From positions 124,001 to 188,000 of IMG/VR virus record IMGVR_UViG_3300035703_000005: a DNA stretch of 64,000 bases; one strand, 5' to 3'. The first letter of the stretch is position 1. The number at the start of each line of letters is the position of its first letter. Under the pieces are notes generated by a model that saw only the letters and a list, made by a program, of their open reading frames with translations, was not told the DNA's origin and did no database searches. Of this stretch, positions 56,388-64,000 are shown in pieces. The position numbers and the translations under genes were made by a program.

Positions 56388-59300
56388 TTAAATGATAACA
56401 ATATAAGTTCTAGGAATTTGGAATGAATTGGCAATAGATACGCTCGATATTTCTTGAATATAGATTGTTCCAACACCGGCATAAGTTGATTTTACAAATG
56501 ATTCCAATCCAGAAGAGAATCCAAATAAAGTACCGAAGGTGTCTTTATATTCCTTGGTTAGAGAATTTGTTGAAGAACCAATAATGTTAATTGTTCCCAA
56601 TCCATCTGGTGATGGAATGAATATGATATCTGGATGGATTAACTCTCCAGATAAAGTTGCAGTTCCGGATCCAACTTGTTCATAAGTAGAAATCTTTCTG
56701 GTGATTGAATTTCCATTAATATTAACTAATCCAATACCAACAATCGAATATTCTAATTCAATTCTAATGTCTGCAGATCCACCAATTTGAATTAATATGG
56801 TAGACTCTGATATTTCTGCAGAGTATGATTCGGAACTTCCGGATAAAGTTGAGAAACTTCCAGATCCTACGTAGTTAATTACATTTTGTTCTAATAAGGA
56901 AGATGGAGTAAATATTGTTCCTACACCAATCTCAGAATATGTGAACGAAACTTTTTCATAAGACCCAAAAATTGTATAATTAATAGTTTCGTCATATTCA
57001 TATGTTGCAATCTCTTTTATGGATGCAACCCCACTAAATCCAAATAAAACAGTATTTTCTGGGGTATTAACAACAAAACTTACCTGTGCTGAATATTGAT
57101 TATCGCATGTAAGTTCTGCATTATCACAAGTATCATAATCATTATCTACACCATGATTTACGAATCTAATTAATCCTCTTGATGGATAATTTGGAATCTC
57201 AATCGATCTTGCGGAACCATTTAAAGTTATAGAACCATTTCCACTATAAGAATTACTTGTTTTTTCAATAATACTTCCACTAATGACATAAAGAACTTCA
57301 ATTTCTGGAGTTTGAGCGGAATAAACTTCGAAAGAACTTCCACTAATATTAAACAGTTGAACATTTTCTGGAATTTGGGATGATAAACTTTCTAAACCAG
57401 TTCCAGAAATATTAATTATTCCGGATCCAAGATATGCATTTGATTCTTTTAATGTAGAGGCACCAGATATTAAATAAGTTCCAACACCAATATAAGAATC
57501 TATTTCTTTCTCAATAGATGGAGTTGTTTGTTGTGATATGAATATAGTTCCAGAAGTTCCTGGATTCTTATCATTACCATAATATCCATAAACTGCAATT
57601 TCTCTAGTAGATGCAATTCCGGAAAGTGAAATAACACCAGTTCCATTATAATTTGATTTTGTGAAACTCCAAGATTTGCCAACACCTGGTCCCGGAATCC
57701 ATGGATAAGATTCTTGTGGACTGTATCCGGTGATTATATTGAATCGACCATTTCCTGTGTAAGGTGTTAATGGACTATACTTGGCAATATTTCGAGTTTG
57801 ATCGAAAGTAATTGTGCCGATGCCAGTATTTGGAACTTTATCATTAATTGGATATCTATTAGAATATGTTCTGGCATCACGAGTATTTCCTTCACTATCT
57901 GGAGTAAATCCTACACCTCTTAAGAATTTAATTCCAGTAGTACCAACTCCAATATTTTGTTCAATACCATAATGTGGAGTATAATCAACATTAGGATGTA
58001 CAAGTGGTTGGCCAGATAAGGTTATTGGTGGTGGAGTTTGAGTGGTTCTATATTCTAGATTTAAATTATATAAAGATTGTCCACTGATTTGGAATAGTTG
58101 AGTATCTTCCGGAGTTTGAGCAGAATAGGATTCTAAAGATACTCCAGATAATGTTATTGAACCTGTTCCATTATAAGACTCTGTATTTCTCTCTACAGAT
58201 ACTTCGGAGAGCGTTAAAGTACCAAATCCAACATAAGACTCGGTGTTTTTCTCTATAGAAACTCCAGAAAACGTTAAAGTACCAAATCCAACATAAAGAT
58301 TCGTATCACTTTCTGCAGATACTCCAGAGAAAGTTAAAGTACCGAATCCAACATAAGATTCTGTATTTTTCTCTACGGATGTTCCAGAAAGGGTTAAAGT
58401 ACCTAATCCAACATAAGACTCTGTATTTTTCTCTACGGATATTCCGGAAATAACAAATAGTTGTATATCTTCCGGAGTTTGAGCAGAATAAGATTCTAAA
58501 GATACTCCAGAGAAGGTTAAATTACCTAATCCAATGTAAGATTCTGTATTTTTCTCTACAGATGATCCAGATATTTGAATACCAGTTGTTCCAATGCCAA
58601 TATTTTTTTCAATTCCATAATGAGGTGTATAGTCAATAAATGGATGTAAAAGTTCTCCAGAAATGGTTAATGTTGCTACATCTCCGAAATATGAATAATT
58701 AGAAATCTCACTATTAGAACTAATACCTGATAGTGAATATAATGCAGATTGTCCCTCATATCCCTTTCTGGTAAAGCTCCAAGATCTTCCAACTCCCGGT
58801 TCTGGAAGCCATGGATATGATTCTTGTGGACTGTATCCATTGATATAATTAATTTCCCCAAATGGATATATTAATTCTCCAACTATAGATGAAGTAACTA
58901 CGCTAATTTCACCAAAGTCAACAGTAGGTCCACCATTTGATAAAGAATTATAATTATCAAATAATTCTGGCGCATTACTTACAAGTCCATAATCTAATGC
59001 ACCTTCAGTTATGGAACTTTCATTATAAAAATATGTAATACTTTCAATTAAATTACCAAATCCAAATAAAGTTCCACTACTAATATAAGATTCTGTTTCG
59101 GATTTGAGAGATGTTCCAGAAATAACAAATAGTTGTACATCCTCCGGAGTTTGAGCCGAATAAGACTCCAAAGCTAGTCCAGAGAATGTTAAAGTACCTA
59201 ATCCAACGTAAGATTCTGTATTTTTCTCTACAGATATTCCAGAGAATGTTAAAGTACCGAATCCAACGTAAGATTCTGTTTCCGATTCTGTGAGCGTTGA

Positions 59301-60275
59301 TGATAAACTTATAGACCCAGAAACAACTTCGGAATAAGTAACTTTTACTATTGCATTACCATCAATATAAAGCCTATAATTTGGAGCACATATAGCAGAT
59401 CCACTTAGAGACATTCCTCCAAATGGATATATTATTGGTATTACCTGATTAATTACAAATTCAAAATCATCTATTTTTGGATCTATATCTTCCGATACTT
59501 GGCCATAATCGACCGCAACACCAGAAAAATAATCTACAATATTTCCGTAATCAACTACATTATCAGTTTGTATGGAAGACTCATTATAATCAAATGTAAT
59601 ACTTTCTTGTGCAGTATTTAAACTGAACAAACTACCAGATGTATTATAATTACCAATTGTGAATTTTTCTTCAGCAGAACCAGAGAATGTTGCTAATCCG
59701 TTACCAACATAAGACTTTGATTCTGACTCTAAATCTACTCCAGAAACGGAAAATAGTTGTGTATCTTCTGGAGTTTGGTATATAACTCTTGATTCCGAGA
59801 TACCAGTTATTGTGTAGAGAACGGTATCTTCTACGGGATCGATTGTAAATGACTCCAAGACCGTCTCTGCGACGGTTGTATCCAGTCGGAGTGTACCAGA
59901 AGATAAATATGCATTTACAGTCCTTTCTAGACCATTGCCTATCTCAAATACTGTGCCATTACCTACCCATGTAAATACTACATTTTCGGTAATAGTTTGA
60001 GTTGTAAATTCAAATAGTATTCCAGAAGAAACGTATTGATATGTTGCAGATTCTTGTGATGAATCTAGGGTAATTAAATTTCCATATGGAATTAATGATT
60101 CTGTAGTAGTAATCTGATACCAATCATCTTCTAAGAAATTAAATTCCGGATTACTGTCAGTTATAGATCCACTATCAACTGAAGACGTTGAGGCAGAAGT
60201 AATCGATCCATAATCTTCCTCAGAATATGGATTATTTACTTCCGGATTGTCTAGACTATAAACATAGATAGTCAT
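56388..60275 (-). CDS. Large acidic repeat-rich virion structural protein (1295 aa)
   Basis: DYG repeats; 20-aa SVEKNTESYVGxGTLTFSG repeats; structural-gene context. Confidence 0.8.
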   Translation of the reverse strand: MTIYVYSLDNPEVNNPYSEEDYGSITSASTSSVDSGSITDSNPEFNFLEDDWYQITTTESLIPYGNLITLDSSQESATYQYVSSGILFEFTTQTITENVVFTWVGNGTVFEIGNGLERTVNAYLSSGTLRLDTTVAETVLESFTIDPVEDTVLYTITGISESRVIYQTPEDTQLFSVSGVDLESESKSYVGNGLATFSGSAEEKFTIGNYNTSGSLFSLNTAQESITFDYNESSIQTDNVVDYGNIVDYFSGVAVDYGQVSEDIDPKIDDFEFVINQVIPIIYPFGGMSLSGSAICAPNYRLYIDGNAIVKVTYSEVVSGSISLSSTLTESETESYVGFGTLTFSGISVEKNTESYVGLGTLTFSGLALESYSAQTPEDVQLFVISGTSLKSETESYISSGTLFGFGNLIESITYFYNESSITEGALDYGLVSNAPELFDNYNSLSNGGPTVDFGEISVVTSSIVGELIYPFGEINYINGYSPQESYPWLPEPGVGRSWSFTRKGYEGQSALYSLSGISSNSEISNYSYFGDVATLTISGELLHPFIDYTPHYGIEKNIGIGTTGIQISGSSVEKNTESYIGLGNLTFSGVSLESYSAQTPEDIQLFVISGISVEKNTESYVGLGTLTLSGTSVEKNTESYVGFGTLTFSGVSAESDTNLYVGFGTLTFSGVSIEKNTESYVGFGTLTLSEVSVERNTESYNGTGSITLSGVSLESYSAQTPEDTQLFQISGQSLYNLNLEYRTTQTPPPITLSGQPLVHPNVDYTPHYGIEQNIGVGTTGIKFLRGVGFTPDSEGNTRDARTYSNRYPINDKVPNTGIGTITFDQTRNIAKYSPLTPYTGNGRFNIITGYSPQESYPWIPGPGVGKSWSFTKSNYNGTGVISLSGIASTREIAVYGYYGNDKNPGTSGTIFISQQTTPSIEKEIDSYIGVGTYLISGASTLKESNAYLGSGIINISGTGLESLSSQIPENVQLFNISGSSFEVYSAQTPEIEVLYVISGSIIEKTSNSYSGNGSITLNGSARSIEIPNYPSRGLIRFVNHGVDNDYDTCDNAELTCDNQYSAQVSFVVNTPENTVLFGFSGVASIKEIATYEYDETINYTIFGSYEKVSFTYSEIGVGTIFTPSSLLEQNVINYVGSGSFSTLSGSSESYSAEISESTILIQIGGSADIRIELEYSIVGIGLVNINGNSITRKISTYEQVGSGTATLSGELIHPDIIFIPSPDGLGTINIIGSSTNSLTKEYKDTFGTLFGFSSGLESFVKSTYAGVGTIYIQEISSVSIANSFQIPRTYIVII
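58141..58560 (-). repeat. Coding 60-nt tandem repeats (more copies near 59090-59290)
   Basis: GTTAAAGTACC.AATCCAACATAAGA recurs with a 60-nt period. Confidence 0.85.
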
Positions 60276-60298
60276 GCAAGTAGTCCAAGAACTTTGTT

Positions 60299-60337
60299 AA
60301 AAAAGAAAGAGGATCGCCATAAAAAAGCAACCCTCCC
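60299..60337 (-). terminator. Intrinsic terminator
   Basis: GAGGGTTGC...GCGATCCTC followed by TTTCTTTTTT. Confidence 0.6.
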
Positions 60338-60371
60338 ACCAATAACTTATTATATTGATTATTAAATTAAA

Positions 60372-61379
60372 TCAATCAAGAGCAACGTTTAGAGTAATTT
60401 TAATTTGGTCACCGTTATTTTGAATGGTGTATGGGCCGTTTGTAAACCTTTCAGCATACATAACGGAACTATAGAGAGTTGCACTACTTAAACCAGCGGT
60501 AGCATTTGGTGTAGGAGTTAACGATGGAGTAGTGTAGAACTCATTAGCATTTGGTACAGAAAATACTGTATAAACATTAGATGTTAAAGTAGTATTACCA
60601 GTTCCAGCAGCTACATAAAGAACATCTCCAGCAACAAGTTGATGTCCCGCAGCAACTATTTTACCAAAACTAAATGTTACACTAGGATCTGTAGCAACCT
60701 GAATATTATCGATAAGTGGTTTATCCAAATAAACTACTTTTAGATCTCTATCAACACCAATTACAATAGTACCAGTTTGAATTCCTGAATTTCCACCAAC
60801 AACCATTCCTAAAGTTAGATCATCGACACTTTGGTCTGGATCAACAGTAATGTAAGAATTTCCAATAACTCCAATAACAGGATCAGTATTATCCCCCTTT
60901 GTTACGGTCGTTCCAATACCAACAGAAGCATAGTGTACAACACCCTGAACTGAAACAGGCATGTTGTTAGCTCTAGTTACATAATAACCGTAAATATCTC
61001 CAGCATCACCAGTGAACGTGAATGTCTGTTCTGGATATGTTGCAGTTGTACCAGAACCAACCTGATTAATTCTCCAACGAGATCCGTTTAGTAGAATACC
61101 GGTCTGAGAAGTATAATTCTGATCCCCTCTATTATTTACGCAATATGGATAACCGGTTGTAGGAGCGAATCCATACGCATTAGTGTTACCAATTCCATAT
61201 GGCTCATAATATCTGGTATCAGAAGGAACATCCGTCTCAGCTGGAGTGGTGTTACTTGTAAAAAGTTTTAAAACTAGGTTTCTGGGAGACTGGTCAGCAA
61301 GACTTGCAGTGTGGTTGTTTTGTGCAACCAAGTATCTGAGTGACTCAAGTTCTCCAATATTTGGAACTAATAGTGCCAT
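60372..61379 (-). CDS. Virion structural protein
   Basis: LKLFTSN, ATYPEQTFTF, YGYYV, YAERFT...GDQIKIT; TATAAATA at 61424-61431. Confidence 0.75.
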   Translation of the reverse strand: MALLVPNIGELESLRYLVAQNNHTASLADQSPRNLVLKLFTSNTTPAETDVPSDTRYYEPYGIGNTNAYGFAPTTGYPYCVNNRGDQNYTSQTGILLNGSRWRINQVGSGTTATYPEQTFTFTGDAGDIYGYYVTRANNMPVSVQGVVHYASVGIGTTVTKGDNTDPVIGVIGNSYITVDPDQSVDDLTLGMVVGGNSGIQTGTIVIGVDRDLKVVYLDKPLIDNIQVATDPSVTFSFGKIVAAGHQLVAGDVLYVAAGTGNTTLTSNVYTVFSVPNANEFYTTPSLTPTPNATAGLSSATLYSSVMYAERFTNGPYTIQNNGDQIKITLNVALD

Positions 61380-61426
61380 TTAAACAACTCCCCTACAGGC
61401 TATGATTGTGTAATAACTATCTTTAT

Positions 61427-62104
61427 TTATAATTTTAATTTTAAAGAGATTAAAAATCTATTGATATTGTTGACGGAGATAACATCAAACGTTAATATAT
61501 CTCCAGCTACTATTGATTTACTCCAACCAACCAAATTATCATCACGAACCTTTCTTGAATTTGTCATTTGTGGATATACACCACCAACAATAGAAGAAAA
61601 AGTAGGAAAAGTTGAATAATTTGACTTCTTTATATCAATAGTCAAATCGCCCTGTTGATCAGATAAAATTACTAAAGATTCAATAATTCCACTTACATCA
61701 ATGGTTACAGATCCCTTATTTCCAGGTAACATTGAAATTGATCCACTATCAATAATATAATTAATTGTTCTAGTTAAATCTGCGGTTGTTGCAAGAGCTA
61801 TTATAAAAACATCATCACCAATGTCAGGAGCATTAGTAAAAATAATGTTATTATTGGATACTACAAAATCCTGTGTGGGTTCTAAAATGGAATTATTTAA
61901 ACTTACAATTAATTGTTGTTCATTGATTGGAACATATGAATCACCAGAACTGTATAATCCAAAAGTATGAGCAACTCCAGTAAATTGAGAATTTATGTTA
62001 TCTAGTATTAGATTACTATACTGGATAGATTTAGTTGGTATCTCGTAATCAACACCAATCCTATATGGACCGGGTTCATTTAACGTTACTAAGTAGTCGG
62101 ACAT
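61427..62104 (-). CDS. Virion structural protein (baseplate/fibre-associated)
   Basis: LDNINSQF...QLIVSLNN...IIFTNAP module; structural cluster. Confidence 0.7.
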   Translation of the reverse strand: MSDYLVTLNEPGPYRIGVDYEIPTKSIQYSNLILDNINSQFTGVAHTFGLYSSGDSYVPINEQQLIVSLNNSILEPTQDFVVSNNNIIFTNAPDIGDDVFIIALATTADLTRTINYIIDSGSISMLPGNKGSVTIDVSGIIESLVILSDQQGDLTIDIKKSNYSTFPTFSSIVGGVYPQMTNSRKVRDDNLVGWSKSIVAGDILTFDVISVNNINRFLISLKLKL

Positions 62105-62436
62105 TATGATACTCCCGGAGTTACCAAAACGTTTCCTTGAACAGGTCGGGTTCTGTAAGAATTAGGAGAAATAAGAATAACATCATAAACATAACGGCCG
62201 CCTTCCATCGCACTTGTATCAGTATGTCCCATAGATACTGAAATTCTTCCATTTAATCTATCTACGAATGTAAGAGTTAACGGATATGATGTAGAAGATG
62301 TTGGATGTTTTCTGATAGAGGAAATACCACTATAACCAGTAAGATTTAATGGTGCGTTATTAGTATTTCTGATCGTAAAGGTGGCTTGAAAATCAACCCC
62401 CTGTTCAAGAACTAGATTTACATTTCTTGCAGCCAT
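62104..62436 (-). CDS. Virion structural protein (BppU N-terminal-like)
   Basis: EQGVDF...NLTGY...IRKH...GRYVYDV...VTPGV. Confidence 0.7.
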   Translation of the reverse strand: MAARNVNLVLEQGVDFQATFTIRNTNNAPLNLTGYSGISSIRKHPTSSTSYPLTLTFVDRLNGRISVSMGHTDTSAMEGGRYVYDVILISPNSYRTRPVQGNVLVTPGVS

Positions 62437-62457
62437 TGCTGTAATTCGTCCTTTTAG

Positions 62458-62703
62458 TTATTTATTGTTAGTCTGCATTTGTGAAACAAGTTCTTTCATT
62501 AGAGACTTCAATTCCAGTAAGTCGGATTTGATAGTCTCTATTTCAGAAACTTTATTTTTCAAATTATCAATTTCTTGCATTTCTTGGATTTTCTTTTTTT
62601 TAACCTCTTGATAATTAATGTAATCAATATCTGAACAATTCAATATTGCTCCAGATTCACTATCACGATATAAATTAGGATTTCCTTCTACTGGTATTTT
62701 CAT
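62458..62703 (-). CDS. Conserved small coiled-coil protein
   Basis: VEGNPNLYRDSESGAILN followed by heptads. Confidence 0.75.
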   Translation of the reverse strand: MKIPVEGNPNLYRDSESGAILNCSDIDYINYQEVKKKKIQEMQEIDNLKNKVSEIETIKSDLLELKSLMKELVSQMQTNNK

Positions 62704-62704
62704 T

Positions 62705-64000
62705 TTAAATTGATGCTATTACACGTAGATCTCTAATTAATGGTGTGAATGTCGTATTAGTTCCACTCATAATAATCTTAATTTGGAATCCATTGAATAA
62801 TGGTAGATTTTTAGAAGTAAATTCATAGGATTTAAATTCACCAATAGTTGAAGAAGGTAATACAAGTCTATCAGGTCTTCCACTATTATTTGCTGCACTT
62901 ATCACTTGATTATTTTCATCTAAATTATCATAACCAGGGAAAAGTTCATATAATTGTGTAGATAGATCGGTATCAGATCTGAATAATCTATACATTACTC
63001 GGATATCACTTGTTGAATGCCTGTAAGCGTCAAAAAAGACTTTTAGATTATCAGATCCTCTTTCTAACCTTACAATTTTGGTAACATAACTACAAGCACT
63101 AGGATCATCTCTTAATGAATTGACTCTAGGATCTTTGGAATAATCAGAAATTTTTGAATTTAATCGGTTTCCAACAGTAATTAAATTTACTCTATCCAAA
63201 TCAATTATAGGAGAAACTTTAGAATCAGTAGTTGATAAGTTTACTTCCATTGTGAATGATTTTTTACCTGGGAAATCTTGTAAAAACTGATTTTCATTAA
63301 CTTTAGAACAAATAATTCTTGGACTTGACAAGAAATTATTAGAAGTAAGAGATATAGTTTCAAATCCCTGATCAACAAAAGCATTTATTGAATTATTATC
63401 GGGAGATCCGCCAGAAAAAGTTCTAATCTTAGCGGATATTCCAGTTGATTGTGGAGTTAGAGTTTGAATGTTAGGTCTTACAACATTAAAAGATATATTT
63501 TGTGTGGCTTTTGGTGTTCTATTAGAAGAAGTTAATTGTAAAGGATCATATGATCCACAACTCTTATTCTGATTAAAATATAGTTCTGGGAATCCATTTA
63601 AATTTCCTGCAGATCTATCAGTTCCATTAGTAGATATACCCAGTTTTACGTAATAGTAATCTAAATCAGTTGGATACTTCGAATGATCCGTTTCAGATAA
63701 ATTATGAGTTCTGTTAATTCTTCTTAAAGAAATTCCATTCAATTCATATTTAAATACCTGTTGTGATGTAGAATAAGATGCTGGAATAGTAGAATCAATT
63801 CCTCTAGTTACGCCAGTTAAACTATTTGTTGAAGTGGTTACGCCAGTGTATCTAATTATTTCATCTCCGATTAAAATGTATCCAGGATTAAGAGCAGAGA
63901 CTGGTAAATTTTCAAAACTTGTAAAAATTCCAACAGCACTTAAAGTTATATTAGAAGTAGCTGAAGAATTATAACTTGAATTTAATTTTTGTGGTTTTAG
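62705..64000 (-). CDS. C-terminal part of a large virion structural protein (VrlC-like); 5' end outside window
   Basis: The frame is open from 64000 to the stop at 62705; SPIIDL, FNGFQIKIIM, PLIRDLRVIA ending. Confidence 0.8.
   Translation of the reverse strand, partial: LKPQKLNSSYNSSATSNITLSAVGIFTSFENLPVSALNPGYILIGDEIIRYTGVTTSTNSLTGVTRGIDSTIPASYSTSQQVFKYELNGISLRRINRTHNLSETDHSKYPTDLDYYYVKLGISTNGTDRSAGNLNGFPELYFNQNKSCGSYDPLQLTSSNRTPKATQNISFNVVRPNIQTLTPQSTGISAKIRTFSGGSPDNNSINAFVDQGFETISLTSNNFLSSPRIICSKVNENQFLQDFPGKKSFTMEVNLSTTDSKVSPIIDLDRVNLITVGNRLNSKISDYSKDPRVNSLRDDPSACSYVTKIVRLERGSDNLKVFFDAYRHSTSDIRVMYRLFRSDTDLSTQLYELFPGYDNLDENNQVISAANNSGRPDRLVLPSSTIGEFKSYEFTSKNLPLFNGFQIKIIMSGTNTTFTPLIRDLRVIASI

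Noticed and set aside
58141-59290. Regularly spaced repeats resembling a CRISPR array
   Set aside because: They are in-frame 60-nt coding repeats with wobble-position variation and no unique spacers; no cas genes are present.
1-64000. tRNA genes and photosynthesis genes (psbA, hli)
   Set aside because: Intergenic gaps are short and showed no cloverleaf, and no such ORFs are in this window. A tRNAscan run would be needed to exclude tRNAs formally.

Overview
This window is 64 kb of a T4-like cyanomyovirus (Kyanoviridae-type) genome, with essentially all genes on the minus strand. Reading right to left, it carries virion structural and fibre genes, then gp13-gp14-gp15-gp16-gp17-gp18-gp19-gp20-gp21-gp22-gp23-gp3, uvsY, uvsW, gp55, gp47 and gp46. 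These are followed by a cobT/cobS-like pair, gp45, gp44, gp62, regA, hsp20, gp43, uvsX, gp41, mazG and a cytidyltransferase. T4-type late promoters ((T/A/C)TAAATA), sigma70-like promoters and intrinsic terminators are visible. No tRNA, CRISPR, intron or intein was seen. Seven real-looking ORFs are missing from the ORF track. Main leads: (1) late-expressed proteins with T4-like capsid-targeting N-termini, built from small basic modules separated by (L/I/V)xE sites, suggesting gp21-processed internal polyproteins; (2) phycobiliprotein-like repeats (KCARDLGY) inside the 3142-aa fibre; (3) an unannotated NblA-like ORF beside the terminase; (4) an amidinotransferase cassette between gp47 and gp46; (5) a DruA/DUF4338-like gene in the clamp-loader operon; (6) a structured hsp20 leader, a candidate late sRNA and four Sm-like paralogues. 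All family calls are from motif recognition and synteny; no database searches were run.
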